Positions 27,414 to 37,000 of a stretch of DNA of 64,000 nucleotides are shown here, in pieces. Each line of letters starts with the position of its first letter. The first letter of the stretch is position 1. Both the position numbers and the translations under genes were made by a program. Location of the stretch: IMG/VR virus record IMGVR_UViG_3300008517_000034, positions 1 to 64,000 of that record; one strand, 5' to 3'. The notes beneath the pieces were generated by a model, which had not been told where the DNA came from, made no database searches, and saw nothing but the letters and a program-made list of their open reading frames with translations. This DNA is from a virus.

Positions 27414-27711
27414 CTACCATTATCTTATTTTTTAATAGCTTGGGATCGACATATTTAACGTCAAAGATTCTGCTCGTTCCCTTTAGCTTCACTCGGTGCT
27501 CTTCGGTAATATTCGGGTGTTCAGTATAAAGACGGTAATCGGCTATCACTCCGGTCTTATCGTAAGAGACGCCTTCCCTCCCCCTTAAAGAATCAATTAC
27601 TCCTCCAAACTCATCGGTCTCAGTCCAGGTAATTGCCTGCCCTTCGGCTGTAACCTCTCCTTTAGTTCTTTCTATCAGAATAAATCTCTTCCGGGGTCCA
27701 ATGATCCTCAT
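27388..27711 (-). CDS. Head closure (stopper) protein
   Basis: Size, SPP1 gp16-like pattern and synteny. Confidence 0.7.
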   Translation of the reverse strand: MRIIGPRKRFILIERTKGEVTAEGQAITWTETDEFGGVIDSLRGREGVSYDKTGVIADYRLYTEHPNITEEHRVKLKGTSRIFDVKYVDPKLLKNKIMVVDLFERKE

Positions 27712-27723
27712 TTCTAATCCTCA

Positions 27724-28890
27724 CTAAGCTATTAATATTGGTTTTCGATTAACATACCGTTTTAGGTATCTATCGCATTCGATAATTCCACTCAAGTATT
27801 CTTCTCCTCCCCGGTCATAGGAATAGACCCGGCCCATCGATTCCTTTTCAAATTCATAATGTTCATATAATGTCGGGTCATTCTCATCCCTAGCCAAGAT
27901 TATGCAGGCATTTTTAATCGCCTGAGGACACGTATAGTGGCCTATAGTCCCTTTAATTTCTATATTCCTCTGGCCTTTGGGGAAATAACCATTAAGAAAA
28001 AATTCCGACGGCTCCATAAGTGTTCCCGGTTCGTGTGTAATGCCTTGTGCATTGCGATAAATACAGTCATCATCGAAGTCCCAGTTGGTTATAATCGATA
28101 CAATATCCGCTTCTTCTGCTGGTGTGGTCACTAAAGTCATTTTTAGTGGCTGCTCTAAAGTAAAGACAGATTTCCCATCCTCATCAGTTGCGGTATTTCC
28201 TAAAATCCTGCTGCCCCATAGATTGTCTACTCGTTCTGAGTCGTCTTTGATTCCCAAATAATTGTTTTTATAATAATCTTTAGTGGCAGAAATGGTTAGG
28301 GTAATAGTATATTCTCCAGCTGTCCCGGATGTATCCGTTCCAGTCTTATCTATAGTAGAAATTTCGACCTCACTGATAGCCATATAGTTAATCGATAATA
28401 TTTTTTGCCTGATGGAAAGAAATAGCCTATCCTTGCCGTTGCCATCTAAAAAGTCCTGGAAAGTCTTGGGATAAAAATAGTCCTTGGTTATTCGCTCCAC
28501 CTGGGCTTCTACTCGATCTATAACAGCCTGCCTATCGGCCAGAGTTACTCCTTCACCCACATCTATAGTGTGGGTTCCTACTCCCTGTGAAGTTATATCA
28601 ATAGGAACGGGAGGGTCAGCAGCAGCATTAACTGAAGAACTTGCGACCTGAATAATAGTAGTGCTAATTTTAATCGCATAATAAATTACACCTGATTCAA
28701 GTCCCCCTGGTAATACCCCGGTAGAACTGAACCTTATCTTTGAACCAGTAGGGATATCTATGCCCACCGTGATTTTATTATCCGTAATATTTACCTTATC
28801 AGTAGCAAAATCGGCAGTAGCACTAATTGCTGGCCCCCAGTTGTCTATATCATCTTCGGTTATATAATTGCCCGTAGCTTTTTCTGTCAT
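27724..28890 (-). CDS. Head-tail adaptor protein with inserted domains
   Basis: YIT..D N-terminus; FPKG..NI.I....G....P.AIK.A C-terminus; two insertions. Confidence 0.7.
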   Translation of the reverse strand: MTEKATGNYITEDDIDNWGPAISATADFATDKVNITDNKITVGIDIPTGSKIRFSSTGVLPGGLESGVIYYAIKISTTIIQVASSSVNAAADPPVPIDITSQGVGTHTIDVGEGVTLADRQAVIDRVEAQVERITKDYFYPKTFQDFLDGNGKDRLFLSIRQKILSINYMAISEVEISTIDKTGTDTSGTAGEYTITLTISATKDYYKNNYLGIKDDSERVDNLWGSRILGNTATDEDGKSVFTLEQPLKMTLVTTPAEEADIVSIITNWDFDDDCIYRNAQGITHEPGTLMEPSEFFLNGYFPKGQRNIEIKGTIGHYTCPQAIKNACIILARDENDPTLYEHYEFEKESMGRVYSYDRGGEEYLSGIIECDRYLKRYVNRKPILIA

Positions 28891-28924
28891 TTATATCACT
28901 CGCAATTTTTATTTTTTCTACTAT

Positions 28925-28966
28925 AAAAACTTTGAAGGGGTTGTATCTTAACAACCCCTAAAAAGT
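28925..28966 (-). terminator. Probable intrinsic terminator after the capsid cluster
   Basis: AGGGGTTGT-TAAGAT-ACAACCCCT hairpin with T-rich tail. Confidence 0.6.
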
Positions 28967-28982
28967 CTTTTCGATTTTTAAC

Positions 28983-29852
28983 TTATGGGCTAATCTGTAA
29001 CATAATCAAAGGTGGTCCGGAAACAGTATCGGTTTGTCTATTTATAATAAACCCAGCACATTGATATTCATCAGTAACGCCAGCACCGTAACCCTTAGCT
29101 GCAAATCTATAAGCAACTGCTCCTTCATGGTCAAAGACTACTTCTCGGTTATCATTAGCAGGATTACTACCAACATCACCATACGGATTTATCCAAATCG
29201 GTCCCCAGGTCTGAATCCAAAGATACCTGTTTGCAGCAGCAGTAATAACATTCGGCATTCCAGCCACAGATGAAAAAGCACCAGCCGGATGTCCTCCCCC
29301 CAAATAGAAGCAATGTACGCTTGAATATGGATTCGGATAAACTTCAACGTATGTGCCAAGAGCAACATCCGCTGTCAATGGATCACGAAGATAAATTGTA
29401 ATATTACCATCACTAGCAATAGTATTACCACTGATAACTCGTTGCTGTTCAAGACCATCAGCAACATGAATTATTAAAGTTCCTCCAAGAAGTTCATCTT
29501 TAGCAAAATCACCAGCGATGAAAATGCTCGTATCGCCTTTCACTTGCTTTTGAACCAAAGTAGATTCAATCCCATCACTTGATAGCGCCCAAAACTTTAC
29601 ACCGAATTTACAAGATGTAATAATGTTTGTTGCTTTGGCATACCGATATACCTGGCCACCCGGAGAGACTCGACGACTACCTATCAGATAATTTTGAGTG
29701 TCACTTACTTCATAAAGACCCTGTTCTGGCCTACCTGGAAGCAATCCCCCATAAATTATGTCGCAGTCAATGCCATGTTTGAAAGCCTCCTGGATTATCC
29801 TGCTCCAGTCCTGGCCTATATCTCTATCTATCGCACTTAAATCCCTTCTCAT
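28983..29852 (-). CDS. Putative capsid decoration/structural protein
   Basis: G.VYRY.KA and Y.WIQT.GP motifs; lies just after the major capsid gene. Confidence 0.55.
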   Translation of the reverse strand: MRRDLSAIDRDIGQDWSRIIQEAFKHGIDCDIIYGGLLPGRPEQGLYEVSDTQNYLIGSRRVSPGGQVYRYAKATNIITSCKFGVKFWALSSDGIESTLVQKQVKGDTSIFIAGDFAKDELLGGTLIIHVADGLEQQRVISGNTIASDGNITIYLRDPLTADVALGTYVEVYPNPYSSVHCFYLGGGHPAGAFSSVAGMPNVITAAANRYLWIQTWGPIWINPYGDVGSNPANDNREVVFDHEGAVAYRFAAKGYGAGVTDEYQCAGFIINRQTDTVSGPPLIMLQISP

Positions 29853-29855
29853 TTT

Positions 29856-30070
29856 ATTTCACCTCACTTAACCTATTAATTAATTCTTTCTTCTTAATAT
29901 GTTTATCAAATTCGATTCCTTTCTCCTTAGCTATTTTTTAGCTTGAAGAAATTCATCTCCTTATATTCTGATAGGTCTTTAACTACACTTATAAAAGGGC
30001 AGTTTACTTGCATCCTCAGCAAAGTTAGGGATCACTTAGAACCTGCCCGGTTGATTATCTTAAATCGCAT
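29856..30070 (-). pseudogene. Degraded small gene with Rho-N/HeH-like C-terminus
   Basis: Fragments MRFKIINR / NFAEDASKLP / FISVVKDLSEYKEMNFFKLK / IAKEKGIEFDKHIKKKELINRL are separated by frame breaks. Confidence 0.45.
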
Positions 30071-30087
30071 GACTATTCTCTTCTATC

Positions 30088-31386
30088 TTAGCCATGAATA
30101 ACGTTTACCAAGATTACGGCTGCCTCTGGGTTTTCCACTGCTATGTCTATCTTCAGGTTGTAGAAAACATATTGGGCCTGGTCTTCTGGTGCACGCTTGC
30201 TCTCTAAGGTCAGCTCCTTCTGGATGCCGATGATGAAATTGCTCTTAGGAGTTAAAATAACATCGCCACATACATTCCCACCTAATTTACCGTCTGCGGT
30301 GGTAGTATCTACTGTTTCACTGACAGTTATGGTAGTGGTAGTGTCCGCATAGGCTGAGCTTACAACGGTATAAACTCCATTATTTTTTGCGCTTCCCGAA
30401 ACTATTATCTTTAAACCTGCAGTAAATTCCGCTGTAAAGTCACCGGCTATATCAAAGGTCGATGCAGTAACAGCTATAATATTATGTAGTGTTCCGGTCA
30501 CATCGTAATCTTCCTTCCCGTTAAGGGTTCCTTCAACTACCTCGTAAGTTACAGGCATAAGAGGAACTGACGCAATAGGAACAGTTCTATAAGGTAGATC
30601 TTCTTCGCCTAAGAGAGCCTTGTCTCCTAAGATAGTTGCTCGATTAGCTAAGGCCTCGGCATAATCATTGGGAATGATATCGTTGCAGAAGAATCTTAGG
30701 TTTTTCAGTCCCACTAATTTATACTTGGAAGGCATAACCGCCAGCATCTTGGCAAACTTAAATTCCCAGTCCGTGGTTGTCCCGATTTTTTCGGCTATCT
30801 TACCAGCTGTTGAAAAGTCATTTTCATGCCCAGCTAAGGTATTGGAAGCATCCAGAAGAGTTGCTGCTTTCGGGAAAACCCCAGTCTTGGCTTGTTCGAC
30901 TAAAAGTTTGTATCTAAAACCTTTCCACAGGCTTCTTATATCCGTATCGGCAAATCCATCATGGGAGCAGTAGGCCGCCTCATCTATCTCGTTGGCTACC
31001 TTCTTGGCTATTATCTTCATCAGGTGATCCGCAAAGGCCTGTCCCTCGATGCCTTCTTCCAGGTCGTCATCATAAACGACTACCGCACCCCGCACTTTCT
31101 GTGCATGTAAGGTAACCTTGCCTTCTGCAAACTCTTTTAGGTAGTCTGAAGCAGCAAATTTATTTGCCGGTTTTAAGAACCTGGTTCCAGCCTTAAACCC
31201 CAGATACCTTAAGTTCTTCTCGACCTTTTCCATTTTCACTATCCGGGCATTGTTCTTCCAGAAGGATTCATCCACTACGTAATCGATAAATTTATCGGCC
31301 TCTTCTGGAAGCAATTCGATATCCGGTAAAGCCTTCATGGCTTTCATAAAGTTCTTCTTATTCAGTAATGCTTTATTAGTTATCAT
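30088..31386 (-). CDS. Major capsid protein (HK97 fold) with inserted beta domain
   Basis: L.PEEADKFI, LEE.IEG..F...L, NFIIG...E....E and Y....D..VE..EA motifs; follows the scaffold gene. Confidence 0.85.
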   Translation of the reverse strand: MITNKALLNKKNFMKAMKALPDIELLPEEADKFIDYVVDESFWKNNARIVKMEKVEKNLRYLGFKAGTRFLKPANKFAASDYLKEFAEGKVTLHAQKVRGAVVVYDDDLEEGIEGQAFADHLMKIIAKKVANEIDEAAYCSHDGFADTDIRSLWKGFRYKLLVEQAKTGVFPKAATLLDASNTLAGHENDFSTAGKIAEKIGTTTDWEFKFAKMLAVMPSKYKLVGLKNLRFFCNDIIPNDYAEALANRATILGDKALLGEEDLPYRTVPIASVPLMPVTYEVVEGTLNGKEDYDVTGTLHNIIAVTASTFDIAGDFTAEFTAGLKIIVSGSAKNNGVYTVVSSAYADTTTTITVSETVDTTTADGKLGGNVCGDVILTPKSNFIIGIQKELTLESKRAPEDQAQYVFYNLKIDIAVENPEAAVILVNVIHG

Positions 31387-31417
31387 TTTTTTTCACCTCA
31401 ATTCTCTATCGTCGAAA

Positions 31418-32296
31418 TTATTCTTCTGTTACTATTTCAAAGTCGAAAGAAGGCCACGGTTTATCACTTTTCTTGACGTCTCCATCGTCTTCATCCTGAC
31501 CCTCTATCTGTTTCTTAGTTCCCTTGGCTTTTTCCAAAGTCTCCAGCCTCTTAGTTAGTTCAGATATGCTCTTATCCTTTCCTTCCAAATCCTTTCCCAG
31601 TTTTTCTATGGTCTCGGTGGCATCTTTTATAGCGCTATCAAACTTTTCATCTCGTTCTTTTTCCTTATCGGCTCTTTCTTTTTCCTCATCAGTCTTCTTA
31701 AGAGCTTTCCTCTCTTCTTCAGAAAGAAGATCAGAAAGGATAGAAATAGCCTTTTTGGTCTCATCTCCCTTAGAAAAAACGTCATTAAGTATTTTGATAG
31801 CCTTTTTAATCGCCTCCAGAGTGTCCTTAGAAATCTTCTTTCCCGCCTTTTCCATTGCTTCTTGGACAGCCTTATCGAAATCTTCTTCGCTCTTTTTAGC
31901 AGGGTAGGGATAGGGGTAGGGTTTAGCAGCATATTTAGCCAGTAATGCCACGGCATCCTGTAAATCTTTTGAGAAATCACCTTTGTATTTATTTAAAATA
32001 TTCAGTGCACCTTTGATGGCATTAATGGCCTCGGGAGTAAGCTTCTTCAAAAGCTCAATCTGCTCCTCAGCAAAATTCTCTTGGTCATTGGTTAAACTTT
32101 TATAAATTTCTATCAGTTCGTTCATCTCGAGTTTTCCCTCCTTAATTAAATTTTCGATATCAGAATTATCCTGATCCTTATCAGAGGTCTTCTGCATATC
32201 TTTGTCTTTTTTAATAATTAGAAATTTTCGTTTTATCGCCGGAATATCAACCAGACTAATTTCGTCCACATCGATATCTATAAGTTGCCTCGGCAT
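31418..32296 (-). CDS. Capsid scaffolding protein with N-terminal protease-tail motif
   Basis: N-terminal EISLVDIPA; acidic coiled coil; YPYPYP linker. Confidence 0.75.
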   Translation of the reverse strand: MPRQLIDIDVDEISLVDIPAIKRKFLIIKKDKDMQKTSDKDQDNSDIENLIKEGKLEMNELIEIYKSLTNDQENFAEEQIELLKKLTPEAINAIKGALNILNKYKGDFSKDLQDAVALLAKYAAKPYPYPYPAKKSEEDFDKAVQEAMEKAGKKISKDTLEAIKKAIKILNDVFSKGDETKKAISILSDLLSEEERKALKKTDEEKERADKEKERDEKFDSAIKDATETIEKLGKDLEGKDKSISELTKRLETLEKAKGTKKQIEGQDEDDGDVKKSDKPWPSFDFEIVTEE

Positions 32297-32334
32297 CTAA
32301 ATCACCTTCCTATTGACTAGGTGTCCGCAAAAAC

Positions 32335-32394
32335 AAAAAAAAAGCGGACGCCCAAGCCAAAATATTTTTCAATTTATCAGCTTAAGCGTCCGCT
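32335..32394 (-). terminator. Long hairpin + U-tract (attenuator/terminator) upstream of scaffold
   Basis: AGCGGACGCTTAAGCTGA...TTGGCTTGGGCGTCCGCT followed by T8. Confidence 0.65.
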
Positions 32395-32442
32395 AAACGA
32401 ACCTTAACTTACTAAACTTGCTTAAATATTAGATTTTAAAAT

Positions 32443-32494
32443 AAAAAAAGGCACTTCAAACTTTCTAATAATTTTAGAAAAGCTTAAAGCGCCT
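32443..32494 (-). terminator. Second long hairpin + U-tract
   Basis: AGGCGCTTTAAGCTTTTCTAA-AATTA-TTAGAAAGTTTGAAGTGCCT followed by T6. Confidence 0.65.
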
Positions 32495-32551
32495 CGCTTT
32501 AACTTCTGAACATTATCTGATTTCACAAGCCGTATTTTATTTTCCGTAATT

Positions 32552-32580
32552 ATAATACTAAATTATCTTTATTTTGTCAA
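32552..32580 (-). promoter_or_regulatory. Sigma70-type promoter (TTGACA-17-TATTAT)
   Basis: TTGACAAAATAAAGATAATTTAGTATTATAAT. Confidence 0.65.
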
Positions 32581-32592
32581 ATAGTTTTGTAA

Positions 32593-33699
32593 TTAAGAGG
32601 GGGAGCTCGCCCTCCCGGCGATGCTGAAACCGGTTAGCTCTCCTTTTAACACCCTTTCCCAAATATCTTTATTTTCCTTATCTCCTAGATAGACAGCAAT
32701 CCACCAATCTCCTTTTTCCAAAAGATTATTGGGAGACGTGCCACCTTTATGATGCTGTTCCTCTACAAAATAATTCTCTATAATTGGGATTTCTCTTTCT
32801 TTACCCTCGTGCATCACTTTAAGTTTCTTTTTTTTGAGCATAAAACGCTTTAGAGCCTTCCAGACTTCCGGAGGCGTGGTCCAATCCGCCTGCGAATCCG
32901 TTTTATAACTAAAATAGACTACTCCGCCGACTATATGCTCTACTTTATCGATCTTCTTAAAAGTGAATTTAGCTATTTCTTGCCCATCCTTAATTATCTT
33001 TTTTCGCCTCTCATCCCATTCTTTAACTTCTTTCTCTGCCGGCGGTTTAGACTTCATATACTTTCTGGCCTCCCGGTAGCATCCCCAGTAGCTGGTCTTG
33101 TATCCTTTATCCCCGATTTTGGGAGATATCACAGGAAAATAGACTGAGCGAAGGGCGTCAACTATTGCTGCATAGTATTTTAGGGCATCCTCTAATTTCC
33201 ACTCTCCCCATTTCTTATCCTCTTTAAGTTTGGGATACCCTGAGTTCCCGATGTATCTTAAGTCGGCAAATAATTCCTTGTGTCTTACTGTAGGATTTTT
33301 AAGATCATCGTCTATTCCTTCGGCTTTAAACTGTTCAAGGTCAAGCTTTCCAAACTCCTCTTTAATAAAATTTTTAATCTTCCCGGCTAGACTATTCCAC
33401 CATTCTTCCCAGTCCTTATCCCCTAATTTTATTTTGCCTGCTACTACTATTCTTAATCTACCTTCCCGGCCAGTATCATATTTAGAATACAATCCTTCCA
33501 TTTCGTTTAACTTATTACTTATAGCCTGAACTTTGCAATCGTCTTTCGGATCTTTCATTCTAAATACTACAAAGGCAACTCTCTCGGCAGAATGTCCGAT
33601 ATCAGTAGCTCTTATTTCTATTTCTGGTATACTGTTTAAATCTTCTAGCCAAGTGTCTTTAAATTCTTTATCTATTTCGATACAATTTATTTTAGGCAT
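32593..33699 (-). CDS. xkdF: XkdF-like prohead serine protease with N-terminal accessory domains
   Basis: C-terminal IV.GVVY...DSQ.D...MH...IIE.Y...G.W......IW..V.KGELTGFSIAG. Confidence 0.8.
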   Translation of the reverse strand: MPKINCIEIDKEFKDTWLEDLNSIPEIEIRATDIGHSAERVAFVVFRMKDPKDDCKVQAISNKLNEMEGLYSKYDTGREGRLRIVVAGKIKLGDKDWEEWWNSLAGKIKNFIKEEFGKLDLEQFKAEGIDDDLKNPTVRHKELFADLRYIGNSGYPKLKEDKKWGEWKLEDALKYYAAIVDALRSVYFPVISPKIGDKGYKTSYWGCYREARKYMKSKPPAEKEVKEWDERRKKIIKDGQEIAKFTFKKIDKVEHIVGGVVYFSYKTDSQADWTTPPEVWKALKRFMLKKKKLKVMHEGKEREIPIIENYFVEEQHHKGGTSPNNLLEKGDWWIAVYLGDKENKDIWERVLKGELTGFSIAGRASSPS

Positions 33700-34444
33700 A
33701 ATGAAATTCCTTTAGCTTAGATTCGAGACTATTCAAATTTATTAATTCTGATTCCCAAATAATTAAAGTATCAAATCCATACCTTTTAAAATATTCGATA
33801 CGTTCTTTCGAAGTTTGTATTTTAGGAAAATATTTATGGTTATGCCAATAGCCTCCAAATAATTCAATCAACTTTTTTTTACCATTAATATTCATAAAAT
33901 CTGGGGATCTGCCTCCTAATACAAATGAGAAATCACCTACAAATTTATATTCATTTGGAAATAATCTATGAAGAATCCTATCTAGTGTTTGTTCTTGGTT
34001 ATTGGGACGCTTTTTTAAACCCTTTTGCAATTTTTTAATATAATCGGAATCAAGATACTTTTCCTTCATTAACTCAGAGAAGCCTATGCCTCGACATTGA
34101 TTTGAACAATATTTATGAGTATTTTTATTAAATTGTGGAGTCATAAATTCTTTACCACATATTTCATAAGTCCTCTTTATTCTATTATAAGTACAATTTA
34201 AATGAGTTCGTTTTACCCATTTTCCTTTACATTTTTTAGAACAAAAGAGTCTTTCTCTTCTCTTTGCCTCACTAGGATAAATTTTATATTCTTTCCCACA
34301 TTCCAAACAAATTTTTTTAATTTTTTGCTTTTCTTGGGCTTTATTTTTACATTTTTTGGAGCAATATTTGCCTCTATTATTTTGCAATTTATAAGGATAA
34401 ATTTGAAAAGCTTTCCCACAGAATTGACATTTAACAGTGACCAT
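33692..34444 (-). CDS. Zn-ribbon repeat + Vsr-like PD-(D/E)xK homing-type endonuclease
   Basis: C..CGK.F / (Y/F)CS..C repeats; SPDF...IELFGGYWH. Confidence 0.8.
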   Translation of the reverse strand: MVTVKCQFCGKAFQIYPYKLQNNRGKYCSKKCKNKAQEKQKIKKICLECGKEYKIYPSEAKRRERLFCSKKCKGKWVKRTHLNCTYNRIKRTYEICGKEFMTPQFNKNTHKYCSNQCRGIGFSELMKEKYLDSDYIKKLQKGLKKRPNNQEQTLDRILHRLFPNEYKFVGDFSFVLGGRSPDFMNINGKKKLIELFGGYWHNHKYFPKIQTSKERIEYFKRYGFDTLIIWESELINLNSLESKLKEFHYA

Positions 34445-36248
34445 GTTTTTTGACCGTTATGGCCCTCCCATTTATTATATTATAGCACCAAATCCTTTTG
34501 GGTGAATCGGTTCTACCGCTTAAAAATTCTTTTGGCATTTCTCCATATACACTCAAGTAGGCGAAAGTAGGGCTGTTCACCCATTCTTTATAGAATTCTA
34601 CTTTTAATTCAGCCCAGATATTTGGATTCCTGTTATCCCCAAATTTCTTGGCTGCTATTCCATCTTTTACTTCTTTAACAGAAATTATTTCACCTTTACC
34701 ATCACCACTTGTAGCCCATTCTTCAAAATGCTCTTTACAAAACCAAGCATGACCTATTCCCTCAGCCCATATACACTCATAAACAGGAGGATTATTACAT
34801 TCCATACACTTTTCTCTACTATGTTTAGATTTTTTAATCTGGATATTTTTCTCCCGGGCAAATTCTTTTGCCAGTCTTAAAATCTCAGATGCAGCAATAT
34901 CCTCTAATTCTCCAGAGTCCCGGTCCGCTTTATTATGCACGATCACATACTCTCTAAATTCCTCTATATTAAATTTAGGATGTTCCTTAACAAATTTAGA
35001 GAAGTGCCCACTCCCAAAATCACAAAATTCCTCATAGCCTTCTTCTTTATAAAACTCTTCGGCAAACTCCGGTTCGTTCATCTCTCTAATCTCCTGTGGC
35101 TGATGGGGCACTAAAACTAAATTCCAGCCGGTCTGGTATCTCCAGTTGGGCCCGAAAGTCGATCCCAGCCATTCTGGAGTTAACCATTTTCCGGACATCT
35201 TTCCCACTCTCTGCTCCAAGATTCTATCTATCTTTAGTCTTAAAGATTTATCTAGAGCTATCGTAAATCTACCGTCTTCTTCTTTTGCTCTGACTATGAT
35301 ATCGATATCATTAGGCTTCCGATTGCCCTCCCTCTCGTAAAAGAGAGACCCGGCAATGTTTATAAACTCAGGGATCCACACGAAGGAAGGAAGTTCTTCA
35401 ATTAAAACTTCATCGCTTTTTGATAAATAGATGTTTTCTTTCTTGAGTGGGAAATTAGAAATAAGGAGTTCTCTCCTGAATTCTTGTGTCCCTTCGGTAT
35501 TAGAAAAGCTTTGTAATACCTTAACTTTTTTTAGATGAAAATCTTTAAATGCTTTATTAATTGCTTTAACATCATTAAGAGAAAGTATAAATTTCCCTTT
35601 TATTTTTTTACAAAAATCATGAAGTTCTATTAAACTAATATTACCACCAATTGTTTTATTCTCAGTATCAGGATAGGGTGGGTCCAGATAATAAAAGGTT
35701 TCTTTAGAATCATAATTAATACTTTCTTTATAATCGTTATTCTTTATCTTTACATTTTTTAATCTTTCTTTTATGTTGGGGAGTGCAGAAGTACAGTCAG
35801 CTTCTTGACCTTCAAAGGAACTAACATAATTTTTAAATCTTGAAAATCTCATCATATATGAGAATCTATAAAATCGTTCTAAATTATTTTCGGGTTTATT
35901 TTTTTTAAGGTTCTCAAAATGACTTTTGCTCCCTACCCAATTTTTCTTTTTTAGCTTTTTCAAATCCTCATCACTAATTTTTTTTATAAACCTATAAGCA
36001 AAAGCGATCTCTTTATCCAAATCATTTATCACTTCAACCTCACTTGGTTCTTTGGCAAAAAATACTGCACCACCTCCCATAAAATTCTCTACATAAGTCT
36101 TATGTTCTGGGATATAACTGACAATAGTTTTAGCTAGATATCTTTTACCACCAGGAGAGCCAAAGCCGGGTCTGATTCCTTTTTCTAAATCTTCAGAATA
36201 TTCTTCTTCTCCTTGTTTTGTTAATTCTTTTATTTCTTCTAGTTCCAT
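34431..36248 (-). CDS. Multidomain protein: Dam/D12-class adenine MTase + nucleotidyltransferase-like + zinc finger
   Basis: GGKRYLA, ENFMGGGAVFF, INDLD, YLDPPY; IAGS...DIDIIVR; CMEC...WFCKEH. Confidence 0.85.
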   Translation of the reverse strand: MELEEIKELTKQGEEEYSEDLEKGIRPGFGSPGGKRYLAKTIVSYIPEHKTYVENFMGGGAVFFAKEPSEVEVINDLDKEIAFAYRFIKKISDEDLKKLKKKNWVGSKSHFENLKKNKPENNLERFYRFSYMMRFSRFKNYVSSFEGQEADCTSALPNIKERLKNVKIKNNDYKESINYDSKETFYYLDPPYPDTENKTIGGNISLIELHDFCKKIKGKFILSLNDVKAINKAFKDFHLKKVKVLQSFSNTEGTQEFRRELLISNFPLKKENIYLSKSDEVLIEELPSFVWIPEFINIAGSLFYEREGNRKPNDIDIIVRAKEEDGRFTIALDKSLRLKIDRILEQRVGKMSGKWLTPEWLGSTFGPNWRYQTGWNLVLVPHQPQEIREMNEPEFAEEFYKEEGYEEFCDFGSGHFSKFVKEHPKFNIEEFREYVIVHNKADRDSGELEDIAASEILRLAKEFAREKNIQIKKSKHSREKCMECNNPPVYECIWAEGIGHAWFCKEHFEEWATSGDGKGEIISVKEVKDGIAAKKFGDNRNPNIWAELKVEFYKEWVNSPTFAYLSVYGEMPKEFLSGRTDSPKRIWCYNIINGRAITVKKHGHC

Positions 36249-36265
36249 TTAAATCACCTCTTAAA

Positions 36266-37000
36266 TTATGATTCTAGATATTGGAGTTCCCCAGTATAAG
36301 AAAGGAACTTAATTTGAAGAGGAGAAAATCCATTTTCATTTTCTCTTCTGAAATGTTTTAATTCTTCCTCTGCCTTCATATGAGAAGATCGTGTAAGAGT
36401 AATAAGATAAGAATCAAGATTTTTTCGAATTTTATACCAAGGAATAATATGATGATTGCATAAATTATCTATTTTCCTAGTTAAAAAACATTTATATCCA
36501 TCTCTTTCTAAAATTCTTTTTCTGGCTTCTTCCCATTCTCTAGTATGACGAAAATCATAACCTGTCCACCGACAATGATTTTTTCCTCTATTAAATTCAT
36601 GATAACATTTTAACGAACAAAATTGCTTGTTATAATATTTTATCCTGCTCTTTCTTCGTTCAATTTTTTTTCCGCAATTAAAACAAATGACTTTAATCCA
36701 ATTATTTTTCTGCTTAGACTGGTAATAACATCTAAATGAACAAAACTCTGCCGTTCCTTTCCTGCAAGGGGAGACATAAAACTTCTTTCCACAAGTAAGA
36801 CATCTTTTGGGTATTTTTTTAGATATAGCTCTTATTATCTTTTTATAATGGACTTCCTTCCTAACTTTAAGTCCGAGAGAGCAAGCCTTTCCGTAGATAG
36901 AACTTCTAGTATATTTCTTCAATAGAGGCTTAATTTCTGGACCTTTATCGCTGTATTCTCTTCTTAATAAATTTTCATCTTCTTCCGGCCATCTCCTCAT
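36266..37000 (-). CDS. HNH homing-type endonuclease with Zn-ribbon repeats
   Basis: FCS..C repeats; ILERDGYKC...HHIIP...LITL...H. Confidence 0.8.
   Translation of the reverse strand: MRRWPEEDENLLRREYSDKGPEIKPLLKKYTRSSIYGKACSLGLKVRKEVHYKKIIRAISKKIPKRCLTCGKKFYVSPCRKGTAEFCSFRCYYQSKQKNNWIKVICFNCGKKIERRKSRIKYYNKQFCSLKCYHEFNRGKNHCRWTGYDFRHTREWEEARKRILERDGYKCFLTRKIDNLCNHHIIPWYKIRKNLDSYLITLTRSSHMKAEEELKHFRRENENGFSPLQIKFLSYTGELQYLES

Noticed and set aside
17256-34419. Minus-strand alternative-frame ORFs 17256..17441, 20840..21022, 31627..31980, 34213..34419
   Set aside because: Nested out of frame within well-supported genes, with no independent RBS or motif evidence.
33692-37000. Group I introns or inteins around the two endonucleases
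   Set aside because: The ORFs abut or overlap their neighbours, leaving no room for an intron core, and there are no intein C/S...HN termini.
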